DNA from: the human T2T-CHM13v2.0 reference genome, Homo sapiens
Reading direction: 5' to 3' (one strand)
Assembly: GCF_009914755.1 (NCBI RefSeq)
Contig: NC_060931.1
DNA length: 64,000 nt
Part shown: piece after piece, positions 1 to 17,629 of the stretch
Layout of the letters: every line of letters starts with the position of its first letter
How positions within the stretch are numbered: the first letter of the stretch is position 1
The notes under the pieces: model-generated
Seen by the model: the letters and a program-made list of their open reading frames with translations, nothing else
What the model was told of the DNA's origin: nothing
Database searches by the model: none
Program-made: the position numbers and the translations under genes

Positions 1-1200
<1,200 letters not shown>

Positions 1201-1263
1201 TATGATGTTAGCTGGTTATTTTGCTCATTAGTTGATGCAGTTTCTTCCTAGTCTCGATGGTCT

Positions 1264-2279
1264 TTACATTTTGGCATGATTTTGCAGCGGCTGGTACCGG
1301 TTGTTCGTTTCCATGTTTAGTGCTTCCTTCAGGAGCTCTTGTAGGGCAGGCCTGGTGGTGACAAAATCTCTCAGCATTTGCTTGTCTGTACAGTATTTTA
1401 TTTCTCCTTCACTTGTGAAGCTTAGTTTGGCTGGATATGAAATTCTGGGTTGAAAATTCTTTTTTTTAAGAATGTTGAATATTGGCCCCCCTCTCTTCTG
1501 GCTTGTAGAGTTTCTGCCGAGAGATCAGCTGTTAGTCTGATGGGCTTCCCTTTGTGGGTAAGCCGACCTTTCTCTCTGGCTGCCCTTAACATTTTTTCCT
1601 TCATTTCAACTTTGGTGAATCTGACAATTATGTGTCTTGGAGTTGCTCTTCTCAAGGAGTATCTTTGTGGTGTTCTCTGTACTTCCTGAATCTGAATGTT
1701 GGCCTGCCTTGCTAGATTAGGGAAGTTCTCCTGGATAATACCCTGCAGAGTGTTTTCCAACTTGGTTCCATTCTCCCCGTCACTTTCAGGTACACCAATC
1801 AGACATAGATTTGGTCTTTTCACATAGTCCCATATTTCTTGGAGGCTTTGTTCATTTCTTTTTATTCTTTTTTCTCTAAACTTCCCTTCTCACTTCATTT
1901 CATTCATTTCATCTTCCATCACTGAAACCCTTTCTTCCAGTTGATCACATTGGCTCCTGAGACTTCTGCATTCTTCACGTAGTTCTCGAGCCTTGGCTTT
2001 CAGCTCCATCAGCTCCTTTAAGCACTTCGCTGTATTGGTTATTCTAGTTATACATTCGTCTAAATTTTTTTCAAAGTTTTCAACTTCTTTGCCTTTGGTT
2101 TGAATTTCCTCCTGTAGCTCAGAGTAGTTTGATCGTCTGAAGCCTTCTTCTCTCAACTCGTCAAAGTCATTCTCCGTCCAGCTTTGTTCTGTTGCTGGTG
2201 AGGAACTACGTTCCTCTGGAGGAGGAGAGGCACTCTGCTTTTTAGAGTTTCCAGTTTTTCTGCTCTGTTTTTTCCCCAT
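1264..2279 (-). pseudogene. L1 ORF1p, disabled
   Basis: MGKKQSRKTGNSKKQSASPPP start; premature TGA at codon 130 (1890-1892, CGA>TGA) and a frameshift near 1490; normal TAA at 1264-1266. Confidence 0.93.
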
Positions 2280-2862
2280 CTTTGTGGTTTTATCTACTTT
2301 TGGTCTTTGATGATGGTGATGTACAGATGGGTTTTTGGTGTGGATGTCCTTTCTGTTTGTTAGTTTTCCTTCTAACAGACAGGACCCTCAGCTGCAGGTC
2401 TGTTGGAGTTTGCTAGAGGTCCACTCCAGACCCTGTTTGCCTGGGTATCAGCAGCGGTGTCTGCAGAACAGCGGATTTTCGTGAACCGCGAATGCTGCTG
2501 TCTGATCGTTCCTCTGGAAGTTTTGTCTCAGAGGAGTACCCGGCCGTGTGAGGTATCAGTCTGCCCCTACTGGGGGGTGCCTCCCAGTTAGGCTGCTCGG
2601 GGGTCAGGGATCAGGGACCCACTTGAGGAGGCAGTCTGCCCGTTCTCAGATCTCCAGCTGCGTGCTAGGAGAACCACTGCTCTCTTCAAAGCTGTCAGAC
2701 AGGGACATTTAAGTCTGCAGAGGTTACTGCTGTCTTTTTGTTTGTCTGTGTCCTGCCCCCAGAGATGGAGCCTACAGAGGCAGGCAGGCTTCCTTGAGCT
2801 GTGGTGGGCTCCACCCAGTTCGACCTTCCCGGCTGCTTTGTTTACCTAAGCAAGCCTGGGCA

Positions 2863-3117
2863 ATGGCGGGCGCCCCTCCCCCAGCCTTGCTGCCACCTTG
2901 CAGTTTGATCTCAGGCTGCTGTGCCAGCAATCAGCGAGACTCCGTGGGCGTAGGACCCTCCGAGCCAGGTGCGGGATATAATCTCCTGATGCGCCATTTC
3001 CTAAGCCTGTCAGAAAAGCACAGTATTAGGGTGGGAGTGACCCGATTTTCCAGGTGCCGTCTGTCACCCCTTTCTTTGACTAGGAAAGGGAATTCCCTGA
3101 CCCCTTGCGCATCCTGA
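2863..3117 (+). CDS. L1 ORF0 (antisense ORF of the L1 5'UTR), open, 84 aa
   Basis: gcaATGG Kozak context; MAGAPPPALLPPCSLISGCCASNQRDSVGVGPSEPG matches recalled primate L1 ORF0; splice donors after 2968 and 3053; expression not shown. Confidence 0.6.
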   Translation: MAGAPPPALLPPCSLISGCCASNQRDSVGVGPSEPGAGYNLLMRHFLSLSEKHSIRVGVTRFSRCRLSPLSLTRKGNSLTPCAS

Positions 3118-3389
3118 GTGAGGCAGTGCCTCGCCCTGCTTCAGCTCGCGCACAATGCGGTGCACCCACTGTCCTGCACCCACTGTCTGGCACTCCCTAG
3201 TAAGAGGAACCCGGTACCTCAGATGGAAATGCGGAAATCACCCGTCTTCTGCGTCACTCACGCCGGGAGCTGTAGACCGGAGCTGTTCCTATTCGGCCAT
3301 CTTGGCTCCTCCCCCCCATTAATTTTTCTTTAACCCTGGGCTTATTTAGACTTGAAAGGATCTCAAGACTATGTTGTTCAATGTCATCG

Positions 3390-3760
3390 ATGACAGTATT
3401 ACAAGTGAGAAAACTGAGGCTCCTGGGCCCTCCTCAATGCTTCACAGGGTCTCTCGAGGTGAACAAAGCATAACAAAGTGCAGTCCTTCTCTGGGGGATG
3501 AGCCTTAAAATGAGAATTTACCCCAGTTTATTATCACCTCCCAAACTGGACCTAAAAAATTTATCACTAATCTTGTTTTACTTTTATGTGGTATTCTATA
3601 ACCCACAAAGTACATGTTGTCCACTATTTAAATTCACAATAACTCAACAAGATAAGCAAGGATTATCATTTCTAACAGAGGAGGAAACTGAAATACAGTA
3701 AGGTTAAACAACATACCCAAGGTTTCACAGCCAATAAATGGCAGAGCCAGCTCTAAACTT
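3390..3760 (+). mobile_element. MIR fragments
   Basis: MIR core-like gagaaaactgaggc and acagaggaggaaactga...aggttaa. Confidence 0.55.
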
Positions 3761-3818
3761 CAGATCTCTGCTTTCTGCTCAGAGGTCTCTTTTCTACTCT
3801 GCGTAGCCACTCCAGTAC

Positions 3819-3912
3819 AGAGAGAGAGAGAGAAAGTTACAGATACAGATACAGATAGGGATGCAGTTAGAGATAGAGATAGAGATAGATAGAGATAGAG
3901 ATAGAGATAGAT
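3819..3912. repeat. (AG)n/(AGAGAT)n microsatellite
   Basis: Seen directly. Confidence 0.9.
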
Positions 3913-3940
3913 GTAAACACATAATTATAATTATAGATAT

Positions 3941-4060
3941 GGGGCAGAGTGTAGTGGCTCATGGCTGTAATCCCAGCACTTTGGGAGACTGAGATGGGAG
4001 GCCAGGAGTTCAAGACCAGCCTGGGCAACAGAGTAAGACCTCATCTCTACAAAAAAAAAT
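3941..4060 (+). mobile_element. Alu monomer (FLAM-like)
   Basis: ctgtaatcccagcactttgggag...gaccagcctgggcaac plus A tail. Confidence 0.85.
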
Positions 4061-5346
4061 CAATTATAGATATGGATATAGATATTATAGATATAAGTTT
4101 ATTGCTGTGGTTATGGATATAGATGCATAGTTATAGATAGATGAGATATAGATGTAGAAACAGAGACATTTAGAGATAAATATCCAGTACCCCTTTGAGT
4201 TAGCCAAATTAAAACTCTAATATGCAGCTAGAAAGCACCTGTCCACACATTCTGGCTCCCGGTTGTCCCCTTGAGCCCCAGAAGGTCTTGTTTAAGGGAG
4301 ATGATTGTTCGATCGTAGAAATGATCTCTGCAATGCTGGGGAGTTCTGTGATTGCTGGTTCCTAGACTGAAATGGTTGATAAAACTTCCCTTTCTCTTGT
4401 TCATCAAAATCAGCTTTTTATATAACTAGGAAGTCTGGGAGCTTCCTGGGACAGTCTGGAATATTAATATATAGACAGTCTTGCTTTGTCTTTATATACA
4501 TGAAGATAAAAGGTAAAACTCAAAAAAATTAATGCTAAAAATGTTACTTATGTCTTTTACTATTATAAAATTAAATTATAATTTAGGAGCTCCTATACAT
4601 TTCCGACTGTGGTAGATTTTAAGGTAATTATATATCTCTTCAGTAATGTATCTGCAATCAACTTATTGCATAAAAGGCTTGCTTGTGAATTCAAGATTAT
4701 TTATAGATTTATAGCCCTTTCAAGTGAAAAGGGGGTTTTTCAGAAGTACTTCCAATTTCCAATGTCTGGTGAATCTTCCATTTGCCATCAATAATGCCAC
4801 CTACAGAAATCCTCTTTCATATAAATCCAGCCTGACATTCCTATAATGCACACCGCCAAGGATTGCTCTGAGGGCGAGAAGTAATATCTGTGTGAATTAT
4901 ATCAGGCCAGCATGTGGAAAAACATTCATCCCACAATTTATGAATTCAGAATGCTCCTAGAACATGTTTTGGTATTCTAAATAGAGGGAAGTTTTATTGT
5001 TATTATTATTATTATTACATGGCTGTCTTGATAAATGTTTATTGCAGGCACTGTGAAAACTGCTGATTTGAAAAAAGTATATTTGTTATCATTTTTTTGG
5101 CCTGCCTCTAATGTTTACTATTCACATTATTAAAATTGTATGGCTCTATTATCTGTCAAAGGTTTTTCGTGTTGTTTTTTCAATGTAAAGACTATGTTAA
5201 TGGCATCAACTGTGACCTCAGAATTTGGCATAATCTATAATCATGCTGAGCACCTCGATGTCAATGTACCTCTTGGCCACTGCTTGACTTCAGTCTGTTA
5301 GGGAAGATTTGGAAAGGATCTGAGTAGGTAGCAGAGATCCAGTTAA

Positions 5347-5830
<484 letters not shown>

Positions 5831-5957
5831 TAGCAATTTTGTCAGAATTATACTGTAGATAATTAAGGATGGAGTAAGTATTCAGGTTAAATGATACATT
5901 TTGTTTACAGTGTCTAAATTCACTGGATAATTACCCTTCTCTCACTTTCTATCCTAA

Positions 5958-6272
<315 letters not shown>

Positions 6273-6349
6273 GGGTTTTAATTTTTCATTTGGCTGTTTT
6301 ACAAGTTAAAGTTTGAAACTTCAAAACTTAGCCTCCTGCTTTCAGGTAA

Positions 6350-6398
6350 GTGTGTGAGTGTGTGTGTGAGTGTGAGTTTGTGTGTGTGTGTGTGAGTG
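6350..6398. repeat. (TG)n microsatellite, interrupted
   Basis: Seen directly. Confidence 0.9.
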
Positions 6399-8135
6399 CT
6401 TACAGACCTCAAGGAAAAGTGATTCTATTTAATACAACAAATCTTAGTAACCAGCCCTGGCATCATCAGCCTTTATTCATCCAAACATTGAAGGAGCAGA
6501 TGCTCTTACTTCTCCCCTCAGGTAGTACATTTAATTCTAATAGTGATGTCTGCATAGCCTAGCTCCTGATATGAGTCTAAGGGTAGACTTTAATCTGAAA
6601 TATGAATAATAGTTACCAGGAAAAGCATGCAAATAAACATGTGGCATTAACTGAGGAATCATTTCTGAAGTCACTGACTGCATTCCTGTAGTTAGAAAAG
6701 AAACCATGCACCATTCTACTTCTGAAAGATTTGTTTCAGAAGCATTAGAAATCCTAGCCAGTACAAATCAGATTAATTCGAGAATTAGCAGGGATAGGCT
6801 TTATTCTGAAATCATGAATGTTCTAATTAAGTTCAAATGTGGTTAATTCCTCTTAGGCATGTTACAATAATAAGTAGTGGACTTGATGTGGGGTGAATAT
6901 CCTTGATCCCTGTCAATAATTAAATTGGTTGGCATAATGTCTAATGTTGTAAAAACCCCAATCTTCCACTTCTGTCTCATTAGCAAAAATAAATAGGCTG
7001 GTGTTAACCGCACAGACTAATAAAGGCATTCAGTATTGTTCAAGGACACGCCAAAGGAGGTCCAGGGTGCTTGTTTGCCGACAGTTGTTTATTCAGCTTG
7101 GTTTTCTTCTTCCCAAAAAGAGAGTGAGAAAACGGGGTGAGATTAGCAGCTCTCACACATTCACACTGCTGGGCAACCTGGTCACTCGCCAAGGGGCAGA
7201 GACAGGAATTGGTTCTGCGCAGCGCGGGCAGGCCGGGTGACGGCAGCCATCAGTGTCCTGTGGCCTTGGACCACCGACAGGCCCACGCTCACCTGCTTCC
7301 GTGCTTCAGGCAGAGGCAGCGCATAAACCCCAGAGGTGCGCCGGACCCCTCACACTCTCCTCATTGTGTTTGCAGAGTCAAAAGGCACATTCCTCCATCG
7401 GTGAATGAATGCCTACCCGTACTCAGGCATGAGAGGAGAAGCAAGTTTGTACCGTGGGCAGACAGTCACACTCGCCTGGCCTGTCCCAGTAAATTGTTCT
7501 CTCTTTGTGTACTAATTAGGGTGACTCAACATGTTGTTTGGGGGTGAAGACATCTGCATTCACTCTTGTTTTTTCCTTTGGTTTTCACGCACTCACTTGG
7601 CTCACCCTCACCAGGATTGGCCTGCCCTGCGCCCACCCCTACTCTAGGAGCTGAGAATACTGATGCAAATAAAGCTTACACATAAGCCCTGATTCAAGAA
7701 CAGTTCTTACAGGTCTCAGCTATCTTATGCATATACTTTAGGAGGAGAGACAAATACAATTGGTTAAGTATTAAAATATCAGGTAATTGATCAATGCTAT
7801 GGAGATAATTGAAATCGGATGGTGCAATCAAGTGCAGATGAGGCAGTCAGGAAAGACAAAGGGGAACTCTGAAAAGTGGAAAGAGGAAGGCAGACATGTA
7901 AGGGACCCCAGACTGGAGGAGCACCCCAGTAGCAGGATGCCTTACAACTCCCCACCCACAGCCCAAGTGACCCGGGCCAGGTGTCTTCTCACCCACAACC
8001 TTGAACAGAAGGTGGCCCAGGTAGGCTCACTCCTCCCTCAGATCAGACAGGAGTTCTGCCAAGAGCACCAGTCAAGCCTGGCAGCACTGGCGAGGGGATT
8101 GCCAGGGAGCTCGCTGACACCAGGGCCAGGGGACC

Positions 8136-9095
8136 TATAGGGTCCAGCCCTACAGGGCTTAGTGAGTGTTCTCCCCGTGTGCAGAGATGAGAGATTGTAA
8201 GAAATAAAGACACAAGACAGAGATAAAGAGAAAACAGCTGGGCCCGGGGAACCACTACCACCAAGATGCGGAGACCGGTAGTGGCCCCGAATGGCTGGGC
8301 GCGCTGATATTTATTGCATGCAAGACAAGGGGGCAGGGTAAGGAGGGTGAGTCGTCCAAGTGATTGATAAGGCCAGGCAAGTCACGTGATCATGGGACAG
8401 GGAGCCCTTTCCCTTTTAGGTAGCCGAAGCAGAGAGGGAAGGCAGCATACGTCAGCGTTTTCTTCTATGCACTTACAAGAAAGATCAGACTTTTTAAGAC
8501 TTTCACTATTTCTTCTACTGCTATCTACTACGAACTTCAAAGAGGAACCAGGAGTATGGGAGGAACATGAAAGTGGACAAGGAACATGACCATTGAAGCA
8601 CCACAGGGAGGGGTTTAGGCCTCCAGATGACTGCGGGCAGGCCTGGATAGTATCTAACCTCCCACAAGAAGCTGGTGGAGCAGAGTGTTCTTTGACTCCT
8701 CCAAGTAAAGGGAGACTCCCTTTCATGGTCTGCTAAGTAACGGGTGCCTTCTCAGACACTGGCGTTACCGCTTGACCAAGGAGCCCTCAAGCGGTCCTTA
8801 TGCGGGCGTGACGGAGGGCTCACCTCTTGACTTCTAGGTCACTTCTCACAATATCCCTTCAGCACCTGACCATATACCCACCCGCCGGTTATTTATTGGT
8901 TGTATTAGTAATACAACAAAGAGTAATAGTAAAAGCTAATGATTAATAATGTTTATACTAATGATTGATAATGTCCATGATCATCTCTATATCTAATTTG
9001 TGTTATAACTATTCTTATTCTATTTTCTTTATTATACTGAAACAGTTTGTGCCTTCAGTCTCTCGCCTCGGCACCTAGGTAATCCTTTGCCCACA
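8136..9095 (-). mobile_element. Solo LTR, LTR13A-like (ERVK class)
   Basis: Minus strand starts TGTGGGCAAAGGATTACCTAGGTGCCGAGG and ends GGGCTGGACCCTATA; 960 bp; TSD GGACC at 8131-8135 and 9096-9100. Confidence 0.88.
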
Positions 9096-9925
9096 GGACC
9101 ACACCACCCTCCCCCAGTGAGAGGAACCAGAGTGACGGGAAAGGGAAGCCCCACACAACCAGCACTCGAGGCCCGGCCCACTGGGAGCACTGGGTGGCCT
9201 GGCCTGGGAAAGCCCCTTGTGCCCCTTGGGTGGCACCAGCAGGTACCCGTGGGAGCTCCAGCAGCACCAGACAAACCAAGCAGACCCAAGATAGCACCAT
9301 GAAGGCTCTGAACATCAAATTGTCACTGGAAGCATGGCCTGCAGAAGCGGGCCACAATCCTCACACTAAACCTAAGCAGAGCGACTGGCTGCAAAAAGGA
9401 AAGACTTAAAAAATAGGATCCAGAGACCTTCCTCTTCCTCATGAGTTTTCCAAATCACACTTGATTGAAACAAAAACGTTAGCACCATCTGAGACTCAGG
9501 ACAGTGATATTTATGAGCGGGGAGGGTAAAGGAAGCTCCATGCTATAAGTTCCACACCTCGCTTGAAGTAGGAAAAGGCCACGGCACGCAGGACTCACTG
9601 AGTGGCTACCAAAAGAAACCAACGCTGAGCTATAGCATGGCAAGCTAATACTACATTTTGGAAAAGCACGCATATTGAAATTTGCGTCATTTGTGCTATT
9701 ATTTGTGCTATTATAAAGACCTGACGCCTGGTGGAACCGTGCTTACAATGTGTGGGTACTTAAACGCGTGTTCTGAAAAACTCCTCTGCTGCTGCTTCCT
9801 CTGATTTCACATTCGGTAAACCTGCAAGTGCACACATTTCATCCCCTTGCAAGACTGTTGTCAGTGCTCAGTAAGTCTACATTTTACATAGGATGAGGTG
9901 ATTACAAAGATGGCACCATGGATAA

Positions 9926-10305
<380 letters not shown>

Positions 10306-10553
10306 ATGACTTTTCAGACGTTATCTAATAAGCCACTATTCTAAGGGGCAGGCACACATCCACATTCGAGTGCCGCCTCTGTTGTCTGCTCTTTAACCAT
10401 GTGCTGCCATCTAAAGAATGAATGGATTCTGCTAAATTGGCACCAAGAAGTGAAGATACTGCAGAAAGTGGGAGACTAGAAAAACAGGCCAGGGTCACTA
10501 ACCAGAAATGGAGACCAGAGCAGCAGCCCTCCAAATGGCAGTGTGCTTAATCA

Positions 10554-12231
<1,678 letters not shown>

Positions 12232-12615
12232 AAGATGAAAACAGCTCTAGAGACCAATGGTGGTGATGATTGCTCAGCAGTAAGAATGGATTTGATGTCA
12301 CTGAACTATACACTTGAAATGGTTAAAATGGTAAATTTCATATTATGTACATTACCACAATAAAAAAAAAGTCACGACAACATATATCTGTAGCATACTG
12401 AACTATTTCTGGGAAAAAATTCTGTGTCAGAGATTTCACTCCAAAATAATCCAACAGGAAAGGGAAAGATGGAGGGATGGGTGGGGTGCGGATGAAGCTG
12501 GATGGATTGAACATTGGTTAAGCTGAGTGGTGGGTATGTGGGGGCTAATTACATGATTCTCTCTACTTTTGTATGTTGTAACATTTTCATAATAAAAAGT
12601 TAAGCAATAAAATGA
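12232..12615 (+). mobile_element. Old L1M 3' end fragments
   Basis: actgaactatacacttgaaatggttaaaatggtaaattt...acaataaaaa is a typical L1MB 3' end. Confidence 0.75.
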
Positions 12616-12618
12616 GTT

Positions 12619-12983
<365 letters not shown>

Positions 12984-13658
12984 TCACCATAACCATGGGG
13001 CCTGAGGTCGCACAAGTTTTAAACCTAGAGTTTTATTCGTAACAACCTTACCCATAGCAAAGAAAAACATTTTTATTAAAAAGTGGACAAAGGATACTTG
13101 TTAGAGGTAGGAACGTTCACTAAGAATTTGGAAATTCAGGAAATAAGATTTCCCTCTCAGAGTTAAACTGTAAAATCAATACTGACCGATTGGGAAAGAG
13201 ATATCCAAAGGACTCAAGTTGTTCTGGCATTTGCAGGAGAAAATTCAACCTGCTCTGACTGGTGGGAAGGGCTGAGACCCAGGACAGACCACAGAGGTCT
13301 CGGCAAGCACCTTCCTTCCTCCATGAGTCTAAGGGGTTTGGGAGTGCGGGGGTGGTCTCTGGCTGTGCAGTGAGTCTATGTCTGCTCATGAGTCCTTCTG
13401 GTTTGCATTACCCAGGCCAGGTGGAGGAGATGAAGGAATCCTCTGGAACAGGTAACTATAAACTAATTGAATATGTTACTATATCTAAATAATCAATGCA
13501 TTGTGAACCCAAAAGGGGTTTATAGTCAATAAAAGCTTAGAGAAAATGCTGCCCAGGCGCTGCGCACATGCTGCAGGCTCACTCGTGGACTCCGGGTCTT
13601 CCTTAGAGCCCGCCCTCATGGTTCATCCTGTGGGGGACAGGAGAGCCAGAGGCTGCAG

Positions 13659-13814
13659 GTGGTGGACGCAGGCACCGTGGGGCCCCTGGCAAGGCCTGTG
13701 GTGGACGCAGGCACCGTGGGGCCCCTGGCAAGGCCTGTGGTGGACGCAGGCACCGTGGGGCCCCTGGCAAGGCCTGTGGTGGACGCAGGCACCATGGGGC
13801 CCCTGGCAAGGCCT
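13659..13814. repeat. 39-bp GC-rich VNTR, 4 copies
   Basis: gtggacgcaggcaccgtggggcccctggcaaggcctgtg at 13662, 13701, 13740 and 13779. Confidence 0.97.
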
Positions 13815-13848
13815 CGTGGGCAAGCTTCCCACAGAGACCTGCACACAA

Positions 13849-14010
13849 GCCAGGCGTGGTGGCATGTGCCTGTGGTCCCACTCACTCAAGAGGCTGATGA
13901 GGGAGGACTGCTTGAGCCCAGGAGTTCAAGGCTGCAGAGAGCTATGATCACACCACTGCACACCAGCCTGGGCAACAGAGGAGACCCTGACTCTTAAAAA
14001 AAAAAAAAAT
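13849..14010 (+). mobile_element. Alu monomer (FRAM/AluJ)
   Basis: gagcccaggagttcaaggctgca plus A tail. Confidence 0.85.
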
Positions 14011-15795
14011 CAACAAAATAAAGAGACCTGCATACAGCAACACAGGGGCTGGTCTTGGATGAGACCCAACCGCCTTGTCCCTCTGACCATTCCACTGTGT
14101 GTCGAATAAACCAACATTGTGTGCTCATCACTGCTTCCATGAACCTGGTTATTGTGCATCTGTCCCTGAACTCACTTGTGTTAGGTCTTCTGCTGAAATA
14201 GAAACTCTATTCTGGGGACATTAGCAAAGCACCTTGGGTCTCCACAGCCTCTGGGCCCCGCTGGCCTCCCTCAGACCATCCTGGTGAAACCTGTCAGTAG
14301 TTGGGGGTCCAACTCCTCCAACCCCACCCCCACTACCTTTTCTTCCTGGCTTTCAAGCTCATTGGCCTACTGTATATGGCTCGCTCTGTATCTGTTTGCA
14401 CATAGAGGTAATGCCACAAATAAAACGCGAAACAGCAGCATTTCAGAGAGAAAAATCACATCCAGAATATTCCAAGCCACTTAAATCTTCTGGAAAAGTG
14501 GAAGAGACAACCATGAAAGTGTTAATATTGAACCAAGACCACATTTTAAAATGCCAAGCTTGTATGTGATTGTGAGATGTAATATAAGCTGAGGAATTAT
14601 TGTAATTCTATCATAATTTACTACTTTACCAAAAATAAACTGATAAGATAAATAAGTACTGCTGCTAATGCCCAATTGACTAATATGACCTGAATAGAAA
14701 TAAAATATTAGATGAGCTTGAGTTGCCAAGATTAAACTAGATTAGTGATAGAATCTCAGAGTCCTGTTTCGATATAATTAAAGTGGTGATTTAATGTGTC
14801 TTTAGCTCAGAATCGTTGTAAGAGCTTTTTTTGTAATAGCGTAGAAATGAATACACACTCGTCCAAGCCACAGAGGAATAAAAGGTTGTAATATTTTTGA
14901 GTTCCCTTGGCAGGGTAATCCATTCTCATCAATCTCACACTCTGCAGGGGAACATAAGGATGTTTTTCTTCCAATCATTGGCCGTCATTATTTAATGTAG
15001 GCTAACAGCCACAGTCTTCATTAATATATTAACCTATGGCTCACAAAGGCCTTGCAGTAAACCAAATGACAATTCCTCATGACAGGTTTATATCATAGGG
15101 CTCAGAGATAGTCACCATCTGAAACGCTGACCTCTGGGATAAGCTTAATATTGATACCCAACTGAAGAAGAGGCTAGCCAGCAAGAGAGAGGAATTCAAG
15201 TGCCCAGCTCGTGAGTTGCTACTCATTGCTATTAAAGACAAGCTGGTCAAAAACACATCTCATGCAACCATGTAATGGAAGATTTTACAACTTTCATAGG
15301 AATGAGGCAGATCTACATGTTGCAAAACAGAACAGACAAAAACGGATATATATGGTTACAGGAAAAACAATGGTGAGTACATGTCATCAGTTCTCATTTG
15401 CTCAGCATTCTGGCATGAAGGGGTCCCCAGAGAAATGGCTGACTGCCGTCCCGATCACCCCAAAGCAAAACCCATCCACAGCTCCGGGGAAACACAGAGC
15501 ACAGCTTCTCCATGCCCCCAGCTTTGAGTCATTATAAAGGCAATCACGGACTCTCATAAAAGTGTAACTGGCTTGTAAAACATGTGTTTATGGACTTTCT
15601 TTTTTTTTTTTTTTCTGAGATGGAGTCTCGCTCTTGTCGCCTAGGCGGCCCCAATCCTGGGAGCGTGGTGCCGCGGGCCTGTCCATGCCTGATCTGTGCC
15701 TGGAGGCGTCCTCCACCCCGACTACTGTCAATGAAGAGAGTCAAACTCTAAAATATTTGAAGAGATTTCCTGTGAGCCAAATATGAGTGACCAAT

Positions 15796-16557
15796 TCTTA
15801 CAGTTGGTAGCAAGTCAGACATGAGCAGACAGGAGAGGGCCCCCCTCCAGCCAGGAGTGTCAGGTGACCATCAGGTGATGGTCAGGTGGCTGTCAACTGT
15901 CTCTCTAAAATAATTAGTTGCAGCTGGCACCAAGGAAAAGCAGCCCCCACAATAGACAGAAACACCTGCAACTGGTGATCAGCCGCTTCCTGATAAGATC
16001 TCAGGAGCTGGGCAAGTGGCTCAAGCATGTGCACTAAGAGGCAAACCTGGAGGATGACGTTCCTCTAGGAACGCCGGGCTGGAGGATGACCTTCCTCTAG
16101 GAACACTGGGCTGGAGGATGACCTTCCTCTAGGAACACCGGGCTGGAGGATGACCTTCCTCTGGGAACACTGGGCTGGTAAGGGAAGAATGCCTCAAGGG
16201 AGCATGTGTACAACTCCAGTAAACACACTATGCACGCAGCCCCTACCAAGTGCTGGCAGGCCACTGTGCATGTGGACAGCCCACCCCACAGGAAGAATCA
16301 GAGCAGAAGGGATGTAAGACCCCTGGCCCTAAGTCAAAGGCCGTGGACTTGATCTCTCGAGTCGCCCACTTGGCCGTCTTCCAAGTATACTTTCCTTCCT
16401 TGTGTTCCTGCTCTAAATGTTTAAACAAACTTTCAGACCTGCTCTAAAATGTGCCTAAATCTCTCAGTCTGCTTTGTGCCCCTCAGCTGAATTCTTTCTT
16501 CTGAGGAGGAAAGAATTGAGGTTGCTGCAGACCCATGCAGGCTCGCTGCCACTAACA
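15796..16557 (+). mobile_element. MER50-like LTR nested in MER4
   Basis: (T)CTTACAGTTGGTAGCAAGTCAGACATGAGC...GCTGCCACTAACA; flanks CCAAT/CCAT as a degenerate TSD. Confidence 0.75.
16047..16178. repeat. 32-bp VNTR, 4 copies, inside MER50
   Basis: ctggaggatgaccttcctctaggaacacyggg at 16047, 16079, 16111 and 16143. Confidence 0.96.
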
Positions 16558-16837
16558 CCATGACCCAGGCCACAGCCCTCCGGAGACCCTGAGAACATAT
16601 GTCCAAGGTGGTTGGGCTACAGCTTGGCTTTGTACATTTTAGGGAGACATAAGACATCAGCCAATACATGTAAGATGTACGTTGGTTCGGTTTGGAAAGG
16701 TGGGACAATTGGAAGGGGCAGGGGCTTCCAGGTCATAGGTGGATTCAAAGATTTTCTGATGGGCAGTTGGTTGAGTTATTATCTAAAGACCTGGAATCAA
16801 TAGAAAGGAATATCTGGATTAAGACATGCAATTGTGT

Positions 16838-17231
<394 letters not shown>

Positions 17232-17629
17232 ACTTCGCAGGTAGCAGGCTTCAGAGGGAGAATAGATTGTAAATGTTTCATATTGGACATAAAAACGTGT
17301 CAGACTGTTTGTTGATTGTCTCCTGGATCAGGAAAAAGGTCTGGAAAACAGAAAGGGGTTCTCTACAGAATGGATTTTCCCCACAAGAGACAACTTTGCA
17401 GGGCTATTTCAAGATCTGGCAAGGAAGCATATTTGGGTTAAAATATTTTTATTTCCTTCCTTATCTGTCATGTGAGGTTATGCCAGAGTCAGGTGGAAAG
17501 TGAACCACATTATATAGGATTAAATAAAACCCTTCCAGTAAGACTACGGTTTATAGTATGGACTCCCCAGGCCCCTTAGATAGGAATTTGGGCAAGAGAA
17601 GAAAAAGATCAGAGTTCAGACCCCACTGC

